A model generated the notes under the pieces. That model had not been told where the DNA came from. It saw only the letters and a list, made by a program, of their open reading frames with translations, and searched no databases. A DNA stretch of 47,956 bases from Octopus bimaculoides. Its lineage: Eukaryota. The stretch covers positions 1 to 47,956 of the forward strand of contig NC_068986.1 in NCBI RefSeq assembly GCF_001194135.2, written 5' to 3'. A program made the position numbers and the translations under genes. Shown here piece after piece: positions 24,969 through 38,003 of the stretch (position 1 is its first letter; each line of letters opens with the position of its first letter).

Positions 24969-25020
24969 ACACACACACAGACACACACACACACACACAC
25001 ACACACATACTCTCTCTCAT
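24574..25020. repeat. (TG)n and (CA)n microsatellite cluster
   Basis: Seen directly; it explains the HT/CV-repeat ORFs here. Confidence 0.9.
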
Positions 25021-25539
25021 TCATAGCTATATGCAAGTGACAGTCTGTAGTAAATAGAAGCTTCTTCAATCATTGAAACTTTAAGAACGCCGATTAGACT
25101 TGAAGATCAACATAGCCGTACAGAAAATGATCCGGGAATTGGTTTTGCTTGTCAACTAGAGTGATATTTACTGTTATATCACCCTAGTCAATTTAGCATT
25201 CATTTAACATTTCATGCTTCGGCTCTAATTAAAGAATAAATTGTAAAACCTTTCAAATTAAAGTATGTCGAAAATGATGGGCTTGCCATTCAAATCCCCC
25301 CCCCTTTTTTGTTTTTAACCATTTATTTTCTTTTATATATATATAGCGATAAAAATGATACCGGTGGAGCGATTTCAGATCCCCTCCCATCTCTACTCCC
25401 CACGTTCAGCTTATCTTCCGGTAACTTGAAACCACGTTCAGAATATCGGTGGTAGAGGGGAGTAGTATGAAATTGATTTCAAATTACTTCCGGGGTAGTC
25501 TGAAATCCATTTCATACAATCCTTACGAGAAATATATAC

Positions 25540-25790
25540 CGTTTGTATTTGAAGTGTATAAATATATTTCGTTTTGTATATAAATACATTACGTTCACAT
25601 TTAAAGCGTATGGATAGATTTTGTTTTGTATAATAGATATGTTTTGTTTGCATTTAAAATGTATTAATACATTTTGTTTTGTATATAAATACATTACGTT
25701 TGCATTTTAAGCGTATGAGTACTAAAATATTTTGTTTCCTATAATATATATTTTGATCGCATTTGAAATGTATAAATATGTATACGATTA
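25540..25790 (+). repeat. AT-rich minisatellite of about 52 bp, 4-5 copies with alternating (dimeric) units
   Basis: GTTTTGTATA starts at 25571, 25623 and 25676. Units 1 and 3 share TATAAATACATTACGTT...TTTAAGCGTATG, which unit 2 lacks. Confidence 0.75.
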
Positions 25791-25797
25791 CATTTTA

Positions 25798-26159
25798 TCT
25801 ATAATAACAAACGCGAAATTCTGTCTGTCCGTCCGTTCGGGACCCCTGTATCTCAATCTAAATTTGCTCTACGCAGACATATTATATCTTTTTGGAATCA
25901 GGATGATCCTGGGACTGAAAATCTGCCCTTCATTTGGTTCTTGAACATTCAGCATTGGGATCAGGTTTGGATGAGGATTTGTTATATGCTAACAGTTGAA
26001 AATTCAAATTTTAAAAGAATTCCAAAAATTTGCGAACTTCCAAGTTTTTCCTTTAAACTGAATTTAAAGTAATATCATATTGGTAGGGTTAAACACATTA
26101 TTATTATTGCTCTCTTTAGTTTTGGCTCGCAGGCCCAATTAGCACTCCGCGGGAACTAG
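25798..26159 (+). mobile_element. Candidate non-autonomous Helitron (362 bp)
   Basis: The termini read A|TCTATAATAACAAA ... CCGCGGGAACTAG|T: 5' TC and 3' CTAG between host A and T. A CTGTCTGTCCGTCC motif lies near the 5' end and a GC-rich stretch near the 3' end. Confidence 0.55.
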
Positions 26160-26479
26160 TTTAAAAGTCCGCACGGAGTGCAGCTTTTAAGCTTTTAATA
26201 AATTCGAACTAAAATAAAAGTTTTGAAGTATCAGAGTAATGTTTTTATTTGAAAATATTGCAGACTCTAAATCTCTGATGTTCAAAGTGTTTTTTAAGGC
26301 AACATAAAAAAATATTCGGAGAATTTTAAAAACCCGATATTTTCATTTTATTTTCACATTTTGAGATTTTTTACAATTTTTTCATTTACCAATTAAATAC
26401 AAAGAAACAAGAAAAAAGAGAGATAAGAAAGGGAAAATAAGAAAGAAGAAAAGGGGGTAAAACAGCATAAGCTGGAGGG

Positions 26480-26720
26480 GTGGGGAAATAGACCACATAC
26501 CTCAGAACAATGGTGAGTTCAGCTGCGCCCATTCGAGGATGCTTTCGAGATCTTTTTTCACGGAATCGGTACATGTTAGGCGTGTGTTGTCTAAGTTGTG
26601 TGGGGATGATGCATGGCTGGAGAAAATTGTGGGAAAATGGTGATGAGTAGTACCATATACGTTGTTGGACTTGACGGCATTATGTGATTGTTGCTGCCAG
26701 GGAGAATGGCCAGTGAGACT
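26480..26720 (-). mobile_element. CR1/L2-like LINE reverse-transcriptase relic
   Basis: The minus-strand ORF 26502-26735 contains SNNVY..TTHHHF....LDNTRL..DSVKKDLESILEWAQLN. This resembles the segment after YADD in CR1-type RTs (L..DL..I..W...N), but YADD itself is not intact. Confidence 0.5.
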
Positions 26721-27298
26721 CGCTGCAGCAGCCACTCCACCTCGCAGGGCTCATTTCTGCGATGGGCCGCTGGCTGTTATTCCTATTTTGAAGAGGAAAT
26801 CAGCAGTACGGGGTCCAAAACCACCTGACGTCACGACGGCGACCGACACTCATTTAATGCTACGAACATATGAGTTGTAAGCGTTAGCAGTTATCATTTT
26901 AGCTAAATCAGAGGGACGGGTAACACCAACAGTGCAAGGATAATTTGAAATCGGGATAATCTGAAATTGATTTCATATCACCGGGGGATAACTCGAAGTC
27001 TTTATACCAGTAATAGTGGTGATAGTAGTTATGTTGATGGAGTACGTCCATAAATTACTGGCGTGAACCTCATCTCTGTTTGTCAAAGTATACTCGTAGG
27101 AGTGAACTCTGACAGGTAAAAACAAACAGGTTAAAACTTGGTTGTTGTTGTTGTTGCTGCTGTTGTTTAGCCACAAGTGAGCCCCGATTGAGCAGAACTG
27201 TGACAAAAGGCATTCCAACTAAAGCTATCTATGAGTCTTTATTTTCAGGCATAGTGAATTATAGCTGCATTATCCAATATGCTCTTCTTTTCCGCAAG

Positions 27299-27382
27299 AC
27301 GGCAAGAAGGAATATATGCAAGATTTCATTGCCATTTACGACAGGAATAGATGGAAACTTTCTCTTTCAATTTTCTCCATCG
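27299..27382 (+). other. Candidate internal coding exon, product unknown (DGKKEYMQDFIAIYDRNRWKLSLSIFSI)
   Basis: It follows a pyrimidine tract ending CAAG and ends at a strong donor CG|GTAAGT (27383). It is 84 nt, phase 1-1, with an open frame. Alternative acceptors at 27248 and 27264 are also possible. Confidence 0.3.
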
Positions 27383-27423
27383 GTAAGTGATACCTTCTCA
27401 TAGATCCTGTAAACGGTCTAGAT

Positions 27424-27663
27424 CAGTAGTTAATTCTGAACCAGGGTCCATATAACCCCTTGAAGTCCATATAAGATTTTGCTGTTAAAATTTATGTGCA
27501 ATAAATTGCTTATACTTCTAGAATATGTAAAATATTTTAACCAAATTTTTAAATACAATTCCTAATAATATCTAATTATAAAAATATAATGGGATTTTTT
27601 AAAACGTAGAATGGCTATGAGAGTCCATCAGAATAGGTTGAGAAACATGGTTGAGAACCACTT
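27424..27663. mobile_element. hAT (Charlie-like) MITE, 240 bp, with exact 8-bp TSD
   Basis: GTCTAGAT flanks both sides (27416-27423 and 27664-27671), matching the NTCTAGAN preference of Charlie-type hATs. The degenerate TIRs are CAGTAGTT..CTGAACC and GGTTGAGAACCACTT. Confidence 0.8.
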
Positions 27664-28083
27664 GTCTAGATGGACTGATAAAGCGATAATTGACCTTGAC
27701 ACGGAGTCAGCGTAGCACTGAAGATGTGATTCAATCTGACGACTTTTCAGCTGCGACCACAATATTCTTTCATTCGGTTCTCATCCTATGCTCCTTTGCT
27801 AAATACATAATTAAGACTAAACAACAATATAGAAATGAATTTTTGCAGTTTAGAAACGCAAGTTGCAGATACGACGTGTAAGTATCCTGATGACTATTCG
27901 ATGGTTTGGTTTATACAATTAACCGAACTTATCGCTCTCGCGTTAGAAGTACAGTGAACCAGTGATACTGATCTGTTGGTAACCAGTGACCAACGACGCT
28001 ATAGTTCACAAATTGCAATATGAAATAAGTAATATTCTGTACGTAGAGAATCATTGAACTCCCGATTTATTAATCTTTCTGTT

Positions 28084-28483
28084 ATCTTTCTTTTGTCTTT
28101 CTTTTACTTGTTTCAATAACTGGATTACAGCGATGCTGGGGCATCGCCTTGAAGGGTTCAGCCGAACAAATCGACCCCAATATTTATTTTTTAGAGACTG
28201 GTATTTTATTCTATCGGCATCTTTTTGCCGCGAACTGGTAAGTTACGGGGACGTAAACAAACCAGCAACAGTGGTCAAGTGATGTTGAGTGGACAAACGC
28301 AAAAACAAACACAAATACGCACAATATACGATGGAGTTCCACACGATTTCCTTTTACCAAATTCACGCATTGATCGGATCCAGCTAAAGTAGAAGATCCT
28401 TGACAAAAAGTGTCGCGCACTGGAACTGAACCTGAAATCAGGTACAAAGCGTACCTTTTAACCACACTGCCATGCCTTGTGCC
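28084..28483 (-). mobile_element. SINE family A, full-length and diverged
   Basis: The minus strand carries a tRNA-like head (A box TGGCAGTGTGGTT, B box GGTTCAGTTCC), a degenerate TG linker and the family A tail. Confidence 0.75.
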
Positions 28484-28929
28484 TAATAAGCAGTTTAAGT
28501 AAAAAAAATATCAACTCAGTCATAACTAAATTAATATTAGAATTCAAACCGAGATTGTCAAACATTGTACAACATTGCTGCTGTAATTATTATAATCTAT
28601 TACTCTAATTAGTGATTCTCTGTCAGTTGCAAATATGACTCATATTTATACTTTATTTTAGTCTTTGATAATTATTTTTACTGACAAATTTGAAATAATT
28701 TTTGTAAGGTTTCTTTGATTTTAAACTTTTTCTTTTATAATGTATTTATTCTATTTGCAACAATAATTAATTGCAAAATGAAAGTAAATTAATTAATAAG
28801 ATGTTATTTAAAGTGAAAATCCAATTTGTAGTGAATGTAGTGTATGTATATAGGAGTTATATCTATCCATCCATCCATCCATCCATCCATCCATGCATAC
28901 ATACATATATGCATACATACATACTTGAA

Positions 28930-29320
28930 ATGAAATTTGGCGAGTCCAAATGTGCATTTTTGGTGGTAAGACACGGCAAAGTTGTCTTTATCCGATACAC
29001 TAAACCTGAACAACCTAGAAATACAGTCTTTGTTCTCTAAGTATCTTGTACAGGATGAGAGTCATATCTGTGATGGGCCTCTCAATAAATAAGGGACAAG
29101 GAACGAGTACATCAAGACAGTTAAAGAAATATAGTGATCTGAACTCTCAGTTTACAAAAAGTATATCTCCCACAACACCTTTGCCGTGCCTATCCTCAAG
29201 ACAACATTTGACCTTCTAAACTGAGCAAGAGCTCAGTGAAATAGACGTACAAACTCGCAAGTTGCTCAGTATTACTAGAAAGTTAAAAAAACAATGGAGT
29301 TATAGACAGGCTATACTTGC
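28930..29320 (+). mobile_element. R4/Dong-like (RLE-type) non-LTR retrotransposon RT relic with stops and frameshifts
   Basis: Manual translation gives MKFGESKCAFLVVRHGKVV, KYLVQDE, EYIKTVKEI**SELS, SHNTFAVPIL, ELSEIDVQTRKLL and IDRLYLP, in the order of RT domains 6-7 and the thumb of R4/Dong/Rex6-type elements. Confidence 0.75.
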
Positions 29321-29462
29321 CACACGATACGCAAATATTATAAACAAAACATTCAAAAGAGATGTCTCAAGAATTCAATCACTACTACCATCCACAACAA
29401 GTTCACTTTCAGGGCACTTAACATCCTACTACTAACATCCTACTACTATCATAGCACTCCCG

Positions 29463-29546
29463 TCTTCTTCTTCTTCTTCTTCTTCTTCTTCTTCTTCTTC
29501 TTCTTCTTCTTCTTCTTCTTCTTCTTCTTCTTCTTCTTCTTCTTCT
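29463..29546 (+). repeat. (CTT)n microsatellite, about 28 copies
   Basis: Seen directly; it explains the poly-R ORF on the minus strand. Confidence 0.97.
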
Positions 29547-29807
29547 CTGCCAAGAATTCACAACAACCTCGAACCCACAAGAGTAAACAAGAGAGACAGA
29601 GACAGGCAGAAGCAAAGAAAATGCCCCTTGTATTTGAATACTATGCAAATATTGTTTTAAAAAAACTTTTCATTTATTTTTTCTAAAATTTAATTGTTTT
29701 CGATATTTATAGTTGAAAAAGTCTCAATGACCGAAACCGGTACTGAAATGTTTTTTATAAAATTNNNNNNNNNNNNNNNNNNNNNNNNNNNNNNNNNNNN
29801 NNNNNNN

Positions 29808-29857
<50 letters not shown>

Positions 29858-30904
29858 CTATATATGTATGTATGTATGTATACATATGTATATATGTGTT
29901 ATCTGCTAATGTCGACATTTTCAATAAGGCCGAATTTTATAACTCTGCCTAACTTAAAGCAGGTTATACAGAGAAAGTTACCTACATTAATTGAATAATG
30001 ATATACGTACACGCACATATACACACCTATATACAAACACGCACTTCAGTATATCTTCTATTATACCCGACTTGCTTCTTTTGTACCAACTTCAGGTTAC
30101 GTACGTCCAAACAAAATCTTTGCACTAGAATATTGTATAGGGGGTTATTTGTAAACACAATATCAAAACTAATATATTTTATATAACAGACAATTACCCA
30201 CGCACGTACGTTTTGAATAGCAGACGAATGCTCTACGTGGTTGCTCAGTATGTTAGAAAAGGTCAGCAAAATCTTTCTTAAATGAAGCGCTAATGTTTTT
30301 TTTAAAATACATTAGGTAATGTAATTTTAAACTGTTCATATAAAAATGAGATTGTTATGGTAAGTATGCCCCTGATCATAGGTCTTCTCGATTGACTTGA
30401 GGCTAAATAAAATGGTTCCACATTGAACAAATATCAACACATTCACATATGTAGACGAACTGGATAATTTTTTATTTTTCTTCTCATCGTCAGAATTTTT
30501 TCAAATTTTCTACTCTGATGTAGTTTTGCATACTGATGACAAAAATCACATTTATTCTCTCTAGAAATCAATAACTAAAACGGTACAGACTTTTAAAATT
30601 ATGTAATTTTAGCTAAAAAGGAAGTCTCCATTTCTCACATACCGGAAGTCGCAGTTGTCTGTTTCCATTAACATTAGCATTAACATTATCGTTGTTATCC
30701 CTGTATTAACGATAAGAAAATGAAAAATGATCAAACTTTGAATTTAAGTAGAGTAATCTAATCGAGCTGTACTACATACATTTTGATACTCCAAGAAAGT
30801 TATGCACCGTAATTTAAAGTACAATCCATTATCACGAACAAACATAATTGATCGCCACAATCACCCTTCCAACTATCTAAAATTAGCAATCACAAAACAC
30901 CGCC

Positions 30905-31258
30905 ACCAGCTTTGTCATGTTAGTAACGTTCACTTCGCAATCATGAGGTACTGGGTTCGATCCCAAGTTGTGACATCTTGGACATGCATCTTTTTCCATA
31001 GTTTTGGGTTGACTCAAACTTCGTAGGTGAAATTGGACATGCGGAAACTGTTTGGAAGTCCTTCGGATGAAGTGTAGGTGTGATTCAAAGATCTAGTATT
31101 TAATGGTGTCACATACTGTGTCACGGTGATTTCGACTGAAAATTGTGTTAAAGGTACGCGTGTCTGTGGAACACTTGGTCACTTAAACGCTTATTGAATG
31201 ATCGGATAGCTCGGTTGATCGACCAAATGAAGGATTGTTGATCCTGGCAACCGACAAA
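30905..31258 (+). mobile_element. Diverged tRNA-derived SINE-like element (family C, single copy here)
   Basis: It has a B-box-like GGTTCGATCCC at about 30954. The following GGAAACTG...GAAGTCC block resembles the family A head end, but the tail is different. Confidence 0.5.
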
Positions 31259-31644
31259 AAATCAATCTTCATCTCAGAAACTACTGAAGTCAGAAAACTC
31301 AATTACCTTCTCATAATTTGCTGAAGTTAAATAAACATAAGGCGACGATTAAAGAGTAAAATGAAAAAGAAATGTCTTTTAAAACTCCTTTTCGAAACTT
31401 ACTTTGCTTTAACAAGTTACCTAGATATTAAATTCGTTGCCACACCCCTTTCAACAGATCGTATGCTCAACCTATACGAAAAATGAAATCAGTTACATGA
31501 AAAATGAAATGCAATAGAAATAAGTTCACTTACATAAGTACGAAATAAGTACACTCGCATAAGACTACAACTACTTAGAGATAGTGATGGCTATAGCTGT
31601 AAGTTGCGCAATGTGCATACACTGAACACATATCTCTCAGTTAG

Positions 31645-32350
31645 ACATTCTTATTCCATTTTACTTCTCAACTTTGCTAATGCAGCAATAAATTTCCTGT
31701 AGCAGTTGACAAGTCTCAAAAGCTGTTTAACTTCCTTATTAGAAGAACGTTTTAAGCTATTAATCTTGTTAATTAGTCACTATGAAGGTTTACGCCATCG
31801 ACTCTAAGACACGAATCTAGAAACTCCATATCTTATAATAGTAAACATTTTTATTTACACTGAAAGAGACGTCTATATCCTTCAGACATTCAACAAATAA
31901 ATTTTATCTTTTCTGAAGCTTTGCAAGTATTGCAGCATATGCCAATATATGATCTTGGTAAACAAATTCTCCCGTGACTATCTTGAAAACTGTTTCCTCG
32001 CAATGTTTGAAAATTGTATTAGAATTCTTGTGGCCCATTTACAATATATTTATTCTGAATACAAGATAGAAAGCTGTTATTAACTTTACATATGCTCCTG
32101 CTCTGTTTATCATGTTTAATTTGCCAACAAGTAGACAACAGGTCAATCTTGAAAAAAATCTTGGCGCCTTTAATTCTCGAAGGCACAATTTACACATTCA
32201 GAGATGATATCTAACTGCTCGGTTACGATTATTTAGAAGTACTTTATAATCCCTGTACATAAACTAAGCTTTTCTGTCTTTTATCTCGGCTTGATTTCGA
32301 GAAATGCATTTGTAACATCTTCATCTGAACGTGGGATAGTTATTTCCATT
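31645..32350 (-). mobile_element. Ty3/gypsy LTR retrotransposon reverse-transcriptase relic
   Basis: Minus-strand translation across frameshifts gives DYKVLLN, RIKGAKIFFKIDLLSTCWQIKHDKQSRSIC, SNTIFKHCEETVFKIVTGEFVYQDHIL (YQDD mutated) and KEVKQLLRLVNCYRKFI, collinear with gypsy RT. Confidence 0.8.
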
Positions 32351-33054
32351 TGATAAAATCTTATTAATTCATTATTAACTTAGCTTTTCTAAATTGAATA
32401 GGCGCTGACGTAGCAGAAGTTGAAAGAAAGATGTTGATGCGTTAAAATGACCAATTAACTTTATACCTTCATATGAATTAAAATAAAGAGAGGACTTACA
32501 AACATCAAGCAGATCACACTCAATCAATTCAGTGCCATGGGAACTTTTAGTAACTACAAACTGATGAGAATGAGGATTATTATTGTGACTGTTAACAGTC
32601 TATTTCACCAATAACCTGTAATTCTGAGCCATCAAATGAAGTCGGCGCGATGAAAGCTTAATTGGTAATCTTAAAGAGACAGCAATATTGTGGCTTGAAA
32701 TAGAACAAGTGTCAGCAGAATATACTTGCATATATATATCAGTACCCCGTTTAGTTGTACCATTCTTTGGATGATTTCCAGAGCACACAATTCGTATTAT
32801 CATCATTACTCTCTGAATCCACCCTCCTTTCAGTTAGTTCGGTACTTAAATTATGAACATTCTGAAATCGACAAACTTCTATGAAATGCCCAATTTTACC
32901 ACAATTATTGCTCTTAGACTTGAAAACGGAGTATCTTCCAAGATTATGCCTTCTTCCTCAATAACTACAATTAGTGCTTAAATTTATATGAATTCTTGTG
33001 GAAAAAAATGTTTATTGCTGCAGATATATTATTAATATTATTACAGGAGTATAA

Positions 33055-33268
33055 GGCGGAGAGCTGCAGGATCGTTAGCACGCTGGGCAAAATGTGTAGC
33101 GACCTTTTGTCCGTTTTTACATTCTGAGGTCAAATTCCGCCGAGACCAACCTTGTCTTTCATCCTTTCGTGATCGATACAATAAGTACCGGTTGATCACT
33201 GGGGTCGATTTAATCGACTTAACCCCACTCCCGAACTTGCTGGCCTTGTGCCAAAATTTGAAACCAAT
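33055..33268 (+). mobile_element. SINE family B copy (tail type 3: ...GGCCTTGTGCCAAAATTTGAAACCAAT)
   Basis: The head GGCGGAGAGCTGCAGGATCGTTAGCAC, the B-box-like GAGGTCAAATTCC and the core TTTCATCCTTTC...AATAAGTACC...CACTGGGGTCGAT are present. Confidence 0.8.
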
Positions 33269-33304
33269 ATTGTTGCAGGAGCAAACGGGGTGAACAGGAC
33301 ATTT

Positions 33305-33630
33305 CTTTCGGCCTTAGGCTCTGAATTCACATTTAGCCAACGTCAATATTTACCTTTTTTTCCTTTCGGGATCAATGAAATAAGTACCAGGTGGGCACTG
33401 GGGTCGATGTAATCCATTTTATTCCCCCCACACCACAAATTCCAAGCCCTGTGTCTAGAGTAAAAAGAATGTAATCTTAACTGTAATTAATGTAATTAAT
33501 AGAATCGTGAGTTTTGGATAAAAATCTTGCGGTATTTTTACGATTATGTTCTGAGTTCAAATACTACTTTTCGTCTCTCCGGGATAAAATGAAGTACCAC
33601 TCAAATACCGGGATAGACTTAATAATTAAC
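33305..33630 (+). mobile_element. Two further degenerate SINE family B copies in tandem
   Basis: The core TTCCTTTCGGGATCAATGAAATAAGTACC...CACTGGGGTCGATG lies at about 33360-33410. A third copy, TTCTGAGTTCAAAT...GGATAAAATGAAGTACC, lies at about 33550-33600. Confidence 0.6.
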
Positions 33631-34257
33631 GTCACAAAAATGCCAGAAGGAAGAAGTAATTGGAAATAAAGCAAATTGGAATAGTGTTGCCACTTTCCTT
33701 TCCACTGCTTCTAAAGTGTTGTTAGGAATGGACAAGTTCAGAAGTTCAGAGATATAGCAGCATCTGAGTTTACTCTAAAATGTTCGAATAATTTAAGTTT
33801 ACTCTCTATTGATCTCATACCAGATATGTAGACCAATCTGTTTAACCCCTGCTTTGGATCATCTTCTATTGTTTAAACTGAGCTGAAGAATTAGATTTCA
33901 CGATTGATTTCACGATTGATAATTTTCTTTGCGCTTAATTTCCTAAAAGTTTTCAGCAACTAATAATTGTGTAAGTCCACAACAGAAAGATAAAAATCTT
34001 CGAATATGTCATATTCCATGTTGTGGTTCAATTTTAGCCTAGTAATTTACAAGGAACACTGGCACACTGTCCCCTACATTGAAACGGTAGTCACCTTAAA
34101 TGTAGACATGGAAACGGTATGCAACACACAACGATATTAGCATAACAATAACATCGCGGACTAGGTAGATGGTGGTCAGATTGTTGATTTATTAGAAAAA
34201 GTTTTATTAGAAAATGATTCTAATAATTTTACTAAAAACAGGATAATTGAGATAACT

Positions 34258-34543
<286 letters not shown>

Positions 34544-37500
34544 TAAGAGGCAACGCCAGGTCATCAGTGTCACTTGAGCTCATCTCAGATTTCGCATAAG
34601 ACACATGCCTGCTTGAAGAATTTCACGTTTTTCCGTAATATTTCTAGCTCAAATGGCTTATTTTTTATATCTAGCCCTCTGTCTTTCTCCATTCCTAAGT
34701 TAAGGGCAAACATTAAGCAACTCTGCAAAACAGAACTGATCTTTCCACACAGACGCACAGAATAACAGCAATTAAATAACGACGACGGGGTGCACAGCAA
34801 ACATCAACGAGATGATTGTCGTCAGTAATTTTGACAAGAGATGCCAGTTAGTCTTTTACACCAGCCAGGCTCGTTCGTATCAACCTGAGTTACTGGATAA
34901 TTTTTCGTTCCTTTAATAATATTGTAGAAAACAGAATTTGAATTACTTTTAATTCTTACGGTCATAGATAACAACTCGAGCTGTAACTTCTGAGCCCGAT
35001 TCAGACGCGTGTGAACGATGTCGAGAGAACGTCTGCTATGATTATTTTTTGACCTAAGGCACATTTAAGACAACTGCCAGACGTTGGCCGAAAATGAATG
35101 AACTGCGACCAGGCTCAAAAAAAAAAAAGGTGTCAGAGTTATTGGCTGAAATTACATACTTGAAGTCAGTGTTGGCAAAAATTAAATCAACTTGTAAATA
35201 CACGTTCACTACTAAATTTATACCCGAATAGCCCGAGTGCTGGAATCGCCACTGATATATATCTATATCGTTGCTATTATGTTGTACTGTCGTATGTCCA
35301 AATTTGGACAAATGCATTGTTTCCATATTTAATTTTGCTTGCAGTAGCCCGTTCTCTTGGTCAAACTATCGTATCTTCAGCTACTTCAGATGAAAATTGC
35401 CAAAGTGTAGTACAACGGTTTAACATCTTTTAAACGACAGTTTTGCAAAAATATTTCTGACTGAAAATATACATGCATAGAGTTACGATTTTATGCCCCC
35501 CCCCCAAAATATTATTGCTAAGCTGAAACTGTTGCTAATGTAAACAGAAATGGAATGGGGAAACTATTTTTTCGTTTTCANNNNNNNNNNNNNNNNNNNN
35601 NNNNNNNNNNNNNNNNNNNNNNNNNNNNNNNNNNNNNNNNNNNNNNNNNNNNNNNNNNNNNNNNNNNNNNNNNNNNNNNNNNNNNNNNNNNNNNNNNNNN
35701 NNNNNNNNNNNNNNNNNNNNNNNNNNNNNNNNNNNNNNNNNNNNNNNNNNNNNNNNNATATATATATATATATATAGTATTGGCTGGAGCAATAAGAAGA
35801 TCGTCAAATATAAATGGAATTAATAGAGTATTGCAAGAAGCACATACTCTGTCTGTCTGTCTGTCTGTCACTGTCTCCGCGTTTGTCTCTCGCTCTCTGT
35901 CTGTCTGTATCTGTGTTTGTCTCTCGCTGTTTGTTTGTCTGTCTGTCCGTTCGTCCATCTGTCTCTCTCCCCCTCTCACTTCCTCTGTCTCCCTCCCTCT
36001 CTGAAGCTTTAGCGCAGCAGCAAACGTACTATTTTGCTGTGCTAATGAGAACGAATAATTTTTATTAGGTAGTGAAGGACAGATTTGATGTTTGTTGATG
36101 GCGCAAAAAGAATGCAGAAACGCATGCATCCTACGAGCCACTGACGTCATTTACAGCACAATATGTTTTCACAGTTGTCTGCTAGGAGGAGAATTTTTTC
36201 TCGAGGCTATTTCTGCAACGAAAAGTCTTCTGACATCCAAGTGTCGTCGAACATGCATTACACGATATATATTATTCAACACTGCTTTATGCGACTTCGC
36301 TTATTAAATATACATTAATCAAGCTTTACGCACATCAACAAACATACCGTTATTCTGTGCTGATAAAACTAATCGTTCTTGTGGGACTTTGAAGACCAGA
36401 TTTGGAGTTCGTAACTGACGACATGAAAAAACGTAGAAATGCATGCAGGCCTTGTACCTGAATTGAAAGCAATTATTAATGGCACCAGTGCAAATTATAA
36501 TGTACCTTCATAATATTGTTCCATATTTCAATTATGGTATAATTTTCGTTTTATAGTTACGATTGTTTCAAACGTAATACTCAGATTTATTTCATTACCT
36601 TAAAGGGCTATTCTCGTATGACGTATGTGACAGCCACAGACAAATTATGAAATATCTAAGTTTTAAATCCTGAACCTTTTCAAGAATTATATTGATTCAT
36701 TTTTACAGTAAAGTTTTAATCAAATTTCTCTTTACTTGGAATGGATGTTGAATTTTTTAAAGAGGATCTAGAATGAATAACGTACGTGTCAATGCACAAA
36801 ATAACTACTTCCACCGGTAAATATTGATTTCAAATTTTGGCACAAAAATATTATCTGTTAATTCCCCTGAATTTCTCTTAAACAGCCTAAAAAGCTTCAC
36901 GGTGTTTATTTACGTTAACCTTGAAATTTCAGAAAATGCTAATGTGTTTGCTGGGTAACGATGTTTATGATCACAATTTGCATTTACCTGCTGTGATGTG
37001 CGTGACAAAATGGATGTGAGGTACGTGACAAAAAATTTCATATTAAAGACAACGCTGTAAGAGCTTAATTAATGTTGATGTATATCGATATCTGGTCAAA
37101 AATGAACCATTTCAACGTACCGTTACAGGTATATAGCAATTTTTCTGAGTATTCTAAAAATGTTTGAAAAACCAGTTTTGTTGATTCAAAAGATTATATT
37201 TCAATTATGTCTTCACTTTCATTCCATAGTTAAAGTTTTCTTTTTAACTCGAATACATGTCGTGTCCAGCAGAATAAAATAGATTTATATTTTAACCACA
37301 TTTTCTTCTGAATGTTTACTGTTCACCACATTCATAGTGAATTTCCCCCACCATGTCTGGACTGTATACGTTATTTATTTCCTGGGTTATTAGTGCCTGT
37401 CGTACAATTGTTAATGTTTATATTGTTGACTTGATATTGCAAATTTGGCCATTTATTTGGATATGATAAAGACTAAATCTAATTTATTCATTGCTGCAGC

Positions 37501-37845
37501 CAAATAATGTAAGATAAAAGTTTTATATTTTCACATAAAACTGTTGACACATGTTTTTTTTTATGATGAGAGAGATAAACACAAATAAATTAACCGTTAA
37601 TTCTGTTAATTCTTTGGACACGATGACTGGTGAAGCGATCAGATATTTTACAATAGATAACAGTATAAACTTTAAATTTGGTTATTACTGGTTACTTCCA
37701 GCAAACTTTTTTGACCACAGTTAATCATAAAGCTAATTATACTTTCTCGTCAATGTAACGAACCCCACAAAATTTTAATTAATGAAAACTTCTAAGCTCG
37801 CTATATCAATTATGTTGGCATTCACTTTATTATTTGTTTTTCAAG

Positions 37846-38003
37846 CTGAGGAAAAGCCCAGCAATCTCATCTACCCCCCCCNNNNNNNNNNNNNNNNNNN
37901 NNNNNNNNNNNNNNNNNNNNNNNNNNNNNNNNNNNNNNNNNNNNNNNNNNNNNNNNNNNNNNNNNNNNNNNNNNNNNNNNNNNNNNNNNNNNNNNNNNNN
38001 NNA
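37846..38003 (+). other. Candidate exon interrupted by an assembly gap (..EEKPSNLIYPP...)
   Basis: The acceptor TTATTTGTTTTTCAAG| is followed by an open frame running into the gap at 37882-38002. A|GTAATT lies immediately after the gap. Confidence 0.2.

Noticed and set aside
25156-25187. 12-bp stem hairpin CTAGAGTGATAT / ATATCACCCTAG
   Set aside because: It is short and isolated, with no U-tract or family context.
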